Positions 10,189-21,896 of a stretch of 42,253 nt of DNA are shown in pieces (the stretch's first letter is position 1; each line of letters begins with the position of its first letter). Location of the stretch: NCBI GenBank assembly GCA_002104905.1, contig MCFE01000720.1:1-42253 (forward strand), in the 5' to 3' direction. Origin of the DNA: Basidiobolus meristosporus CBS 931.73. Lineage: Eukaryota; Fungi; Basidiobolomycota. The position numbers and the translations under genes were made by a program. A model generated the notes under the pieces. It saw only the letters and a list, made by a program, of their open reading frames with translations, ran no database searches and was not told the origin of the DNA.

Positions 10189-11530
10189 ATGAACGCTGGT
10201 TCTAGTTTGAAAGGAGAAACTGATGTCTACGAGCTTCCTTGGTGGGTGTGCCTGGGTCTCATGGATGCTTGGTGCGCCTGATTAACCTTCCTTCCCATTC
10301 ACTTGTAGGGTAGAGAAGTACCGACCGGTCGAACTCAAGGACGTAGTAGGAAACGAGGAGACCGTCAGTCGCCTACAGGTCATTGCCAAGGATGGAAACA
10401 TTCCTAATCTCATCATTTCGGTAAGCGACCCCTTCACCCTCTATTATGTGCACAATTGGAAGTGAAGGCTAATTTCCACCGGGCTTGTTAGGGTCCGCCC
10501 GGTATCGGTAAAACCACCAGCATCCTCTGCTTAGCCCATACACTCCTCGGTCCTGCATACAAAGAAGCGGTATTGGAGCTCAACGCTTCTGATGATAGGT
10601 ACGACAGAGAGCTACCCCCGCTAGATTCACGCAACGGCCATTGACCAGTGATTCCGTTGGATTTGTAGAGGAATTGAGGTTGTAAGAAATCGGATCAAGA
10701 TGTTCTCACAGAAAAAAGTCACCCTGCCACCTGGAAAGCATAAGATTATCATCCTCGACGAAGCTGATAGGTTCGGCCGCCCCCCTCCTTTCAAGCGTAG
10801 CGCTGTATACTGACCTTCCAACTGCACATTAGTATGACTCCTGGCGCACAACAAGCCCTCCGTAGAACCATGGAGATCTACTCCAGCACCACTCGATTTG
10901 CGCTCGCCTGCAATATGTCCAGTAAAATCATCGAGCCAATCCAGAGTCGATGCGCCATTTTGCGCTACACCAGGTTAACCGACAAACAACTGACCAAGCG
11001 CGTGCTGGAAATCTGTGAGGCAGAAAAGGTAAGCCGGGAGTAGCCCGACCGCGACGCTTAGCTCACCAACCTAACACAAACCCTAGGTCTCCTATAGCCC
11101 CGAGGGAATCGAAGCCATCATCTTCACCGCTGAGGGAGATATGAGACAAGCGGTGAACAATCTGCAATCCACCTTCTCTGGCTTTGGCTACATCAACCCG
11201 GATAATGTGTTCAAGGTTTGTGACCAGCCTCACCCGGTTATAGTGAACTCCATCATTGAGAACTGCCTACAATGCCATGTCGACGAGGCCCTCGCGGCAT
11301 TGAAGGAGCTCTGGCACCAGGGATACAGCAGCATCGACATCATCACCACCCTGTTCAGGGTGGTGAAGAATTTCCAGGGAATGCCGGAGTTCATGAAACT
11401 GGAGTTCATCAAGGAGATCGGCTTCACACACATGAAAATCCTGGAGGGGGTCCAAACGCTTATTCAATTGACGGGGCTGATCGCCCGACTGGCCAAGCTT
11501 TCCATGCCCCCGGAGGATTTCCAGATTTAA
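10189..11530 (+). CDS. RFC4: Replication factor C small subunit (yeast Rfc4 / human RFC2 type), 6 exons
   Basis: ELPW|[15 protein letters not shown] (Walker A), [20 protein letters not shown] (Walker B), SRC motif, [14 protein letters not shown], all joined across GT-AG introns. Confidence 0.95.
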
Positions 11531-11740
11531 TTGCCGTCATGACTGTCAGTTGCGTTGCTGTCCCTGTATATTCATAGAAATCTAAATAAATCATTGATCG
11601 AGCCATGGCGGTTTGTTGGGGGGGGGGGACGAGTGCAATTCCCCAGGTTGAAAAATTTTCGTCGATTTCTCCAGAGGATTAACTCCCAACTCACGTTCCA
11701 ACCACCAACACCATACACACTACCTTGCTTCGCATACAAC

Positions 11741-12082
11741 ATGGGCAATTGGGGAAAGGCGTTCGTTTACTCGGGAGTGATCATCGGCGGAGCGTACGCC
11801 ATGATGAAACTGACCGTTCCCACACCCGAGCAGCTCTACGAGGTGGGTTTTGTTTGCTGCCGCGGACTTTCGACTGCCACGCATGCTTAATTGGTTTTGT
11901 GCCCCGGTATGATATAGAGACTTCCAGAGGAGATGAAGCAAGAGGTCATCAAGAATAAGACCGAGCGCGAAAAGAAGCACCAGCTTTTGATGGAAACCAT
12001 CCAGAAGAACGTCAATTCCGACCGACCCGTCTGGGATGTCCAGGGCTTCGAGCCAGCCACCAAGGATAAGGACTCCGCCTAG
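11741..12082 (+). CDS. CBP4: Cytochrome b assembly factor Cbp4-like, exons 11741-11842 and 11918-12082
   Basis: MGNWGKAFVYSGVIIGGAYAMMKLTVPTPEQLYE|RLPEEMK...NSDRPVW: an N-terminal TM helix, T.PT.EQL and S..P.W match the Cbp4 pattern. Confidence 0.8.
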
Positions 12083-12331
12083 GCACACCTGCTGTTGGCG
12101 ACGATCATCCTACCAACCACCACCAATATTCTTTCCTTCCTTTCACTCGCTGTTCGTAATGTAATTATTTGAACCAAACTGTACTCTCACAACATGCTCG
12201 AAACAAAGTTTATTGAACCACGGAAAACCACTGATCTATCGCTCTTTGGCGGGGGAGGGGAATGCATTAGGTAGGGTAAGGGGTCGTGCCGGATGGCATT
12301 TTCGAAGGTGGTTGTGGTTTGGTTGGAGCGG

Positions 12332-15300
12332 TCAAACGTCTTCTACGTCTTCCTGAACAATTTCTAGGAACACCTCTTCCAGACTGGTCTGGCTGAGACC
12401 CCAGCCGGTGATCCCGGCCTCCTCTCTGCCAGATCCCATTTTCTCGAAGATCACCGGAACCATCCCTGGTTCACTAGCGAACCGATACATCGTAGCCCCG
12501 GAGAACTCCTGCTTCGTCCACTTGGAGGGCAGCATGGACTCAACAAACCTGGATTTCAGGGAGTTAACGGGGGTGTTCGCACTGGGTTTCGCTGGATGAA
12601 GACGTTACCTGCAGGCCATGCTCATGTTCTCGGGCTCGGCGTTGAATCCCAGCTCAAACCCGTTTCCGTACAATTGCTTCAAATGTAGCGGGGTTCCTAG
12701 GCAGCGCAATTGTCCTCGGACCATGATCCCGATCTTGTTACACAAGACATCGGCTTCCTCCATTGAGTGGGTGGTCTGCAAAAAGAGAATCAACACCAGT
12801 GTATCGCGTAGCCAAGTTCAAACGTCGCTTACTAGAACCAGAGTTCGACCGTGTCTGGCCTCCAGGATGATATCCCAAATCAACCGCCGGACTTCGGGAT
12901 CCAAGCCAGTCTGAGTAAATATCAGTGAATGCCGATCAACTGGACCAACCATTCCAAACCCTTACCGTAGGCTCGTCCAGAAATACAACTCGAGGGTTCC
13001 CCACCAGTGCTATGGCAATCGACAGCCTACGCTTCTCACCACCGCTTAAGCCCTTGGTCAGCCGATCCACAAATGGCTGTAATGAGACGTGAGCTAACGC
13101 CTCATCCACAGCCTCGTGTTCAAACTCCGGGGATACCCCCTTGAGTCTGGCAAAGAACAGTAGGTGCTCTCCAACCGTCAGGTCATCCCACAGTATATCG
13201 TGCTGTTGTTATGGTTGTTAGAGTATCGTATCGTATCGCTTCGTAATGTTGGTGAGAGTGTACCTGTGGGCAGATACCAATGCTCATATAAACATCGCGC
13301 ATCTGTGTGCTGATATCATATCCATCCACCAAAGCTTGGCCTACAACAACCAATTTAGCACAGGCGGCACAAATCTATCGATCCATACACCTCATTTACC
13401 TGCAGATGGACTGTAAAGCCCAGTCAAAATACTGATCAGCGTGGTTTTCCCTGCACCATTGGGGCCTAGTAGACCAAAGATCTTGTCTGACTGGAATGGA
13501 GTTAGCATCATAAGCGGCGCTCTCACGAATCGACCGTTTACCTCAATGGCCAATGTCACATCCTTCACAGCGAACCGATCCTTTTCGTATCGTTTGCATA
13601 GAGACTTCATGATCAGGGGTGCGTCGTCCTCGTGTCTGTGCATCAATACCCGTCGCTTCTCCATCGTAACATCCTCATCCTCGCCCGGAAGCTTTTTGAT
13701 CTCCACATCTGCTACCGAGACTGGTAACTAGAGAGGTGAAGCCAGATTAATTAAAGTAGCTCACAGAGTCCAGACCATCGACCAATTACCTCGTCCCCTT
13801 CACTGTTCCTCGGCCTCCTCAGCTTGGAAAAGGTCTCGGTAAATATGAAATGCCAGGGTTTTCGGGTCCCGTATTCACCAGGAAATACGTTGTTGATGTA
13901 TCTACAGTCAGAGCATTAGTGACGAGTCTTGGCTGCATCGGAGGCCGTGGACTTACCCGGTTAATGCCAACAGAATGAATATCTCCACAACCAAGAAAAT
14001 CAGAGCTATCGCCACCTCGTCTGGGTACCTGAGATGTCCCATGGTATATGGCTAAGATGTATCAGAAGGCTAAGTTCCTGAAATGCAATCCCAATACATC
14101 GACGCACTTTACCATGGAGTTATCGTCAATAGATGCGATGTTGAGTAGCGTCAGGCAGTGATAGAATGCGAATGGCGGCCATATAAAATGCCACACCGGC
14201 GACGGCCCGTTGAAGATCAATTCTAAGAGGTTTAAGTGATGTTAAAGCCTGGCGCCTTCAAGGGTACTTGATCCACTTTACCAAGCGCAACATTACACAA
14301 AACTCCACACAATACAAGCAGGAAGCTGAAGACTAGAGGGAGGAGGGGTTAGAAGGCTGAGATAGGTGTCCGTGTGAGTGCGGGTGTACCCACTTAGTGA
14401 GAATTGGACTTTGTTCAGCACACTGCTCAGAAAGAACGCCAGAGCAATCTGTACATTTCCCCAGACGAAAAGGAGCAAAATGTAAACGGACGGCTCGGTT
14501 CTTGTGAACAGCTCCATCCCAAATGCATATCCGGTGATACAGAAAACGATCGAAGCGATGATGTGCAATGCGTAGAAGTGGATGTAGCAGGTTAGATAGT
14601 AAATCCAAGACTTCAGTCCATTCTGGATAGCAAAATCGGTTAGTAGGGATCCAAACGGCTATCGTAGGGACGTCGAAGTTCACCATCTTCATCATGATCA
14701 GAATTCGGTCTTCCTTCTCCTTGACCAGCATTATCACGAACACAGGAAGCAGGAATGATATACCTAGCAACGACCATGAGTTACTGCTGAAGTGAGCACA
14801 TGCACATAGTCCTACCAAATGGATAGAGAATTCTTCCAATAAACGATCCGACGGGAATCTTCAGCTCGTTCTTAGTCAACTGGGGCATCACCTACATGCA
14901 GCGAAGGGGGTCAGAAGCAATGCCGGGTTTGAGGGCGTTGAGATATAGGATATTTTACCCGAAAGCCGTGGCTTATTTGAGCTGTGGGAGTCTGTGGCAT
15001 AGATTGCACTAACAAACAAGAGTTAGAGAGCCAATTCATCTGTACTACACTACTTATAATCTTACAAAAAGCAGTCCCCAAGAAGGCCTGTGTGGCGACG
15101 TTTCTTAGGCCTCGCGAAGGAAAGGTAGCAGCCTTGGCAATGCGAGCATCCACGCCAACCTGCAATGTATAATCCCACTTCATTGATTTGGGATCCAGTT
15201 TCGAAAATATCATTGCTGAAGGGGGGACAAGGCGAGGTTAGAACGAAGTAAGCTTTCTCTGGATACAACGTTGGTCCGATTCGTACCTCCCCATGGCATT

Positions 15301-16824
15301 TGTGACACGTGCTGTGACGCTTCCGCCAGGTATCGAATTCTATGGTGCTACGTTAGTGTTTCCTTCATTAAATGCGTCGGAAATTGGCTGGACTCACGTA
15401 GATTCATCGTCTGGATCTGTCTCGTAGAGGATGGACTTGTTCATGGTTGATAGTCCCTGCAAAACACTGAGGTCCTTAATTAGACTGGCAAGGGAGATGG
15501 ATGAGAACAGGGAGCGTACGTTCGAATCTGAAGAGTGATGTACTCGTTGACTTCTTGTTGGGTGCCACCTTGCTTATCTATGAAAGGTAGCCCCAGCATC
15601 TCGGCATTTTTCGTGGTGCCCATCAAGTTACCAAACTGAACAAAATAGTTGATGGGCAGAGCCCCCATGAGTCCTAGAGCAACGTTAGAAATCCCAGCTC
15701 TATCCAGAGCAGCTGTATATCCCCTTACCCGTCCCTGAGGTTTGATTCAGTAGCATGCTATCTGGCAACGTGCTGTTGATCGTCATGGATGGGAGCTCAG
15801 GCTTCCTTCCTGAGCTAACACCAAGCTCGTCCTGAACAATGTACCATGGGTATGTCTGAAATCTGCCCAACCAGGTAGGATCTTTGATCTGCTCCTCTCC
15901 AAGCCATCCACCTACAGGATCTGGCTTGAATGTTCTGAAGCCAATATAAATAAACCAACGAGCCTCGATTAATTACTGCTTTAAAACTTACGTCGATAAT
16001 CGAAGCCGTTGATCAGTGACTTGGGGATCTAATTCGTATGGGGCTCGGAATGGATAGCTATGCTCAAACCAGAAAGTGCACGTTTGCAGATTTGGGTCAA
16101 GTATTGGGTTGCTTGAGGGCTCTTTGAACGGGTCGCTATTCGAGGTTGTAAAGAAGTTGGCTTGCTTGACAGCGCCCGAGTGCTCCGCGTTGGGGATCAT
16201 GCTGGATGGCAGTGTAGGCAGATTATCGTAGAATAAAGGAAACCCTTGGGCGTCCGAGGCGTTGTAATTAGAGCAAGTAACCATTTCTAAAGAAAGAAGG
16301 GCATTTTAGACGTTTTCCAACTCACTTACGATACACGTCTCAATACCTTGGATAGCCGGAGCGCTATTGCGCAACAGGGACAATATGACCCGACCCAAAA
16401 GCCCTGCAGCGGCGACCATAAAAAAGGGACATAGACTTCCATAATCCATTAGAAAAAGATGCTCGAAGGATCGAATTTGGACGCATACCTGATGCAGCAT
16501 ACGTTAACGAATAGTTGTCGTTTCTGATAAGACAGAGTTTTTCGCCCCTGTAACGATTTAAAAAGTGTCAAAGAGCTGAGCTGAAAAGAGTTGGATTGAT
16601 AGCGAAACGTGGAGAATACCAAAGCTCGGAACTGGTAACTCTTATTCCGCTCGTACTTTCGAGACTGAGTACTGTCTCTTGGCAACTCTATTATGCTGAA
16701 GTTTTCTTTTCAAAGGAATTTTCGTTAACGCTCGAAAGCTTCCTGCGCAACGAACTGCACCCTTACCATTGCGATTTCTATTTGAAATTACGTTGGGTTC
16801 TGAAGGTTTCGCAAACTCGTTCAT
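12332..16824 (-). CDS. ABCA-subfamily half-size ABC transporter, multi-exon
   Basis: N-terminal QFRAL|[16 protein letters not shown]; MLVKEKE.RI..MMKM.G; [12 protein letters not shown] (Walker A); [14 protein letters not shown]; LDEPT.GLDP; [12 protein letters not shown]; W...Q.SLEEVF. Start inferred from spliced [10 protein letters not shown]... Confidence 0.93.
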
Positions 16825-17187
16825 TGCATTCTATGAAGTATTTTCAACAGGATACTTAGAGTCAATTGAATTATTCGAAGTGTTTGGGATTTTCCGTACT
16901 CATTCATCTTTCGGGAAACTTAAATACATTATAGGTTGCCACCTGCTTATTTTGGTTTGATGATTTTCCATCAATTCCATGTTCATGTGAATTCCTTCAC
17001 TTAATCTATTCTTGTGGATGGTTAGTATAGCTTAATTTAAAGTTCTGTAGTGAGATATGACGACACGGATCGGATTCGATTTTCCCCGGGCGGACTTCGA
17101 AATTTACATGCGATATCATTTCTAAAACCATACCATCTTAGATTCAGTTGAACGAAGGATAGTGTGCACTATGCCAGTTTATTCATG

Positions 17188-18030
17188 GATGTATATTTAA
17201 TGGGCACGACGAGATTCGGCAATGACGTTGGACATCTCTTCAACCTTGGCCTTGGCACGGATGAAGGTACCAAGTCTCTTCTTGGCAAGCTTGCGGGCGC
17301 GCTTGTCCTTGGAGTTCTTCAGCAATTCAAGGATACGACGTTCGTAGGGTGCGAAGCCTGCGACTTCACGGACAATCTCACGGACGAACTTGACACGCTT
17401 GGAGGCAACCTAGATCATCGACAAACACTTGCTTAGTCTGTGTCCCATTGACATCCTATCCTATCCTTCCCCCCCCCTCTGGTGGTGCGCGCTGCTATCA
17501 TCTCCGCTCCAATTTCATCGTCAGCATACTCCTCTCCCTTGTCTGTCAGCTATAGGGCTACTCGTGCTCGTGCCCTTGCTCTAGCTTCAGCCTCATCTCC
17601 TTCATCAAGCATAGCCCGAATCAACCCACTGCATTCCGTATCTATACTCTCAGTCTCGTTCCATCCATCCGATCTCCGTCCTCTCTCTCCTCTCCTCTCC
17701 TCTCTGCATATCCTCCTCACCTAGTATTGTCCGAGCCAGAGCTGAGTTGACCGAACAGCGCGCGCGCACCACAACTTCCTAACCCACAAAGCTCAAAGAT
17801 GACCACTTACCCCCTTCTTGTGGGAAGGCTTGACCTTCAACTCGCGACGAGTGGTGATGTGACCGTGGTTAGCACCGGCGATGATACCTGACTTCTGAAT
17901 GACAGCCATTAGGTTTAGGTGAGAAGAGTGGGTTGAACGAAAAGGATTCGTTAGGAGAGAAACAAGAGGAGAAAGAGCATTGGATAGACATTGATCGTGG
18001 TCATAATCCTCTCCGCATCTCTGATTGGCT
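17188..18030. repeat. Direct duplication (~843 bp), partner at 20711-21553
   Basis: Near-identical sequence from just past the RPL36 stop codon to the upstream CCAAT box; offset ~3522 bp. Confidence 0.95.
17197..17909 (-). CDS. RPL36: 60S ribosomal protein eL36, copy A (exons 17909-17811, 17409-17197)
   Basis: [33 protein letters not shown]|[48 protein letters not shown]...; 103 aa; 401-nt intron. Confidence 0.97.
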
Positions 18031-18374
18031 CGTTGGATACCACACGTGACCGGCCTATCCGAGATAGCAAACAGGATTACAAATATCATGTAAGATCGTT
18101 GCTTTATGTCAAGCTCTCCGGATAGGAGTACGTTGCATATTCAATATAACATCACTCCAGCTACCCCATATATATGCTGCAGCATATTTCACCGTCGAGG
18201 GGAGATTCATGTCAAGCCTAAATTAGTGTCAACTTTTCTTCCGAGCGTTGGGCTACAGCAGTCATGCCACGCATCCTGCTCTTCGAGCAACTCATCCCTA
18301 GCAGTATAAATACGAGCTGACTGGGCAATTCCAGCTCAGACAATCACCGATACCACCATCACACGCTTGGATCA

Positions 18375-19541
18375 ATGAAGTTTTTTAGTGTTAGATCACT
18401 GTCGATTGTATTCGTCCTCTCTTCAGCCACCACCACCACCACCACCGCAATGGTGATCAAGCGTGACAAGGTTCCATATGCCGCTAAAGAGAATTATTGC
18501 AGCGGATTGGTGGCAAGATTGAATTATTTCGGCGCTAGGTTGGATGCCAGGGTTTGTATCGGGGAGGAGGGGAAGGTTCCCTCTCCATACGGTGGAAGAA
18601 ACCCCCATGATCTCACTTGCGGTGAGGCGGCCATCAGCGCCATCGCATTTGGAATCGACGTGAATGCCGACCTGTGCAGTGGCGACAGCAAGCCAGATCC
18701 ATGCTCGGCCATCGTGGCGAAGTTGGCGGTTCTTGGAGTGACGGCCAATATCAACGTATGTCTTCAGCACATCCAGAACGGAGGACTTCCGAATCTCAGT
18801 GGAGGAAACTCCTGCCCCAACATCGTCGCCGATGCCAACTTACTGGGGCTAAATGTCAACGCACAGATCTGTCTCGGCAGAGGGGACACCGACCATAGGG
18901 AGCAGACCACCTGCCCAGACATCCTTGCCAAACTTAACATCCTGGGGCTCAAGCTGGATGCGTCCATCTGCCTGAACAACCTGGTCACCGAGAACTTGGC
19001 TCGTTTGTCCGGTGGAAACAGCTGTCCGGACATAGTTGCCGACGCCAACCTATTGGGAATCAACGTGAATCCAAGAATTTGCCTGCGCGCTGATTCCGCT
19101 GAGAACAGCAATGGGAAAACCTGTCCTGAAGTGCTTGCTAAATTGGACCTGCTAGGGATCAAGATCGATGCCGCGATCTGCCCCGTTGGCACCAACCTGC
19201 CATTGCTTTCTGGGGGACGCTCCTGCCCTGATGTGGTCGCTGATGCGAACCTCCTCGGGATCAAGGTTAGCGCCAGTATCTGTCTCCACGAACAAAACGG
19301 TAACTCCGCCCCTGGTTGTCCCAACATCGTCGCCAGCCTGGTCAACTCGGGTATCGATGCCAATGCGTTTGTTTGCCTTGCCAATGGGGAGGTGAGAAGT
19401 AGCGCACCAGGCCTACATCTACCAAACCTAAACTTACAGGAGAACAATGCGGTGTGCAATAACATTCGTCTCCGTTTGGATGCGCTCGGAATCCGAGTTC
19501 GCGCGGTCGTCTGTCTCCCAGTGGTCGAAATTAGAGCATAA
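18375..19541 (+). CDS. Secreted Cys-paired repeat protein: 10 x C-X10-G-X7-C
   Basis: Signal peptide, Kex2-like KR site, 20 Cys arranged as ten exact 20-aa repeats; intronless; TATAAA at ~18305. Confidence 0.9.
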   Translation: MKFFSVRSLSIVFVLSSATTTTTTAMVIKRDKVPYAAKENYCSGLVARLNYFGARLDARVCIGEEGKVPSPYGGRNPHDLTCGEAAISAIAFGIDVNADLCSGDSKPDPCSAIVAKLAVLGVTANINVCLQHIQNGGLPNLSGGNSCPNIVADANLLGLNVNAQICLGRGDTDHREQTTCPDILAKLNILGLKLDASICLNNLVTENLARLSGGNSCPDIVADANLLGINVNPRICLRADSAENSNGKTCPEVLAKLDLLGIKIDAAICPVGTNLPLLSGGRSCPDVVADANLLGIKVSASICLHEQNGNSAPGCPNIVASLVNSGIDANAFVCLANGEVRSSAPGLHLPNLNLQENNAVCNNIRLRLDALGIRVRAVVCLPVVEIRA

Positions 19542-19633
19542 CCAGACACTATGTAGCCCCACCCTCCAAATCATATAGATTAATGAAAAGAAATATTTAT
19601 TAAACTGACTTAAGTAACGCCACCGCTCGTTGC

Positions 19634-20554
19634 TCATTGCTGCACCTTTTGAATCAAATTGAGCCCGTCAAACAACGGCAGGATTACCTGCTCCGTTCGT
19701 GGGTCTTGGAACACATGCTCATTGAAGCGGTGCATGGCTTGGGCCGCCTTCATTTTCTGCGTGCCGATTGGGTCGGTGGCTACAAGGGGGACCTCCCCTC
19801 GAAATAACACTAAAAGGCAGAGCTGGTTAAATTTGATCCTCACAGATGATCAAAGCACAAGTACCGTTATCCGCCACAATCAAGCCATTGTCGGCAAGTA
19901 GGTCTTGGTTGAGTATTGTCTCATAGTACTGGACGTAGCCACCCTTATTTGCATCTAACCAAGGTTCGTGGTTAGCAAGGCAATCTCAAGGTTACCTTGG
20001 ATTTCAACATACCAAGGAATACCAGGTCAAATTGCGTTCCAGGTGGAAATGCTTCAAGACTAGGGTTTGCTGGGAGTGAGTATTTGAAAGGGCGCCAATA
20101 TTTCTGGTACTAGTTACGTTTGTTGCGCCGGGCCTACCATCAGCTCTATCCTGTTGCGCTTATCGAAAGTCTGAAACGCTTCCCTGGCAACCCTCGCTGC
20201 AGTTTCGTCGGCCTCACAAGTAACCAGCTTGCATTTCCCAGTGGTCGGTAATCCGGCAAGCATGCACAAAGCAGAATACCCCGTAAAGGTCCCAATTTCC
20301 AGGATGTTTCGAGACTTCGTAAAGCGCACTATCTGCTTTAAAAGCTGCCCCTGATGTGGACTAATCATTTTAAACGCATCGGGGAATCTCTCCTGAGTTA
20401 AGTTAAAGACCGCGTCTAGCTCCTTCGGAAAGGAGCTCTTGTTTTGTACATACCAGCTGCTACCCTCAAGTGAGCTTGGAACCACCGAATAGCATCTTAG
20501 GTTCCGCACGAAGGTGGTATTTACCTTCTGAAGAATCAGCCGAGAAGATAACAT
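19634..20554 (-). CDS. Class I SAM-dependent O-methyltransferase (CCoAOMT/COMTD1-like, Methyltransf_3), 4 exons
   Basis: MISPHQGQLL..., ILEIGTFTGYSAL, then spliced FDLVFL|DANKGGYVQYYE...GLIVADN|VLFRG...FNEHVFQDPR...LPLFDGL; complete reading frame. Confidence 0.93.
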
Positions 20555-20718
20555 CAGGTTTCAGCAAGAGGTTCACTATGAGAAAAATTCCCTAGTAACT
20601 CTGGGATGAATTTGCAGCTTCCAACAAAATCATTCGAAATTTCCAAAAATGGTACAGGCGAACTGCATGATTTATTAATATTTGGGAGTAGAACACCATC
20701 TGAATTCGTTGATGTATT

Positions 20719-21431
20719 TTAATGGGCACGACGAGATTCGGCAATGACGTTGGACATCTCTTCAACCTTGGCCTTGGCACGGATGAAGGTACCAAGTCTC
20801 TTCTTGGCAAGCTTGCGGGCGCGCTTGTCCTTGGAGTTCTTCAGCAATTCAAGGATACGACGTTCGTAGGGTGCGAAGCCTGCGACTTCACGGACAATCT
20901 CACGGACGAACTTGACACGCTTGGAGGCAACCTAGATCATCGACAAACACTTGCTTAGTCTGTGTCCCATTACATCCTATCCTATCCTTCCCCCCCCCTC
21001 TGGTGGTGCGCGCTGCTATCATCTCCTGCTCCAATTTCATCGTCAGTATACTCCTCTCCCTTGTCTGTCAGCTATAGGGCTACTCGTGCTCGTGCCCTTG
21101 CTCTGCTTTCAGCCTCATCTCCTTCATCAAGCATAGCCCGAATCAACCCACTGCATTCCGTATCTATACTCTCATCTCGTTCCATCCATCCGATCTCCGT
21201 CCTCTCCTCTCCTCTCCTCTCCTCTCTGCATATCCTCCTCACCTAGTATTGTCCGAGCCAGAGCTGAGTTGACCGAACAGCGCGCGCGCACCACAACTTC
21301 CTAACCCTCAAAGCTCAAAGATGACCACTTACCCCCTTCTTGTGGGAAGGCTTGACCTTCAACTCGCGACGAGTGGTGATGTGACCGTGGTTAGCACCGG
21401 CGATGATACCTGACTTCTGAATGACAGCCAT
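20719..21431 (-). CDS. RPL36: 60S ribosomal protein eL36, copy B (exons 21431-21333, 20931-20719)
   Basis: CDS appears identical to copy A by eye; 401-nt intron with scattered differences. Confidence 0.97.
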
Positions 21432-21896
21432 TAGGTTTAGGTGAGAAGAGTGGGTTGAACGAAAAGGATTCGTTAGGAGAGAAACAAGAGGAGAAAGAGC
21501 ATTGGATAGACATTGATCGATGGTCATAATCCTCTTCGCATCTCGGATTGGCTACCAAAGCGGATCATGTGATCAGCATACATGGTCAGTCACCTAGCAG
21601 TCAGTATTTCTAGATGATCATTGTGTAATTTATTCAATCTCTAATGGATTTCCATATTTGTACGTAGAGATGAAACCCAAAGATGATAGATCTAGATGAA
21701 CACCCAGAAGAGTAGTTTAGAATAGCAACCATCATCAATATTCGTAACTGTTGACAGCTGTGGAGCCACCCCTGGGTAAGTTCTGGAGACTGCTCCTCCC
21801 CCAGACCCCCACCTCGATTTCCTATTTAGCTGGGCTGACTGGTGATTCCTCCTGTTCAAATCGTCCTCGTCCGAGCGTTTACGAATTGCCAGAGAA

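Noticed and set aside
17520-17620. Possible box C/D snoRNA in the RPL36 intron (TGATGA ... CTGA on the minus strand)
   Set aside because: Boxes are present but there is no canonical terminal stem and no rRNA-complementary guide I can identify. Needs snoscan/Infernal.
17164-17724. Plus-strand ORFs over RPL36 and its intron (also 20722-21246)
   Set aside because: Antisense to RPL36 and the low-complexity intron; duplicated only because the gene is.
18423-19549. Minus-strand ORFs (up to 261 aa)
   Set aside because: Antisense shadows of the Cys-repeat gene.
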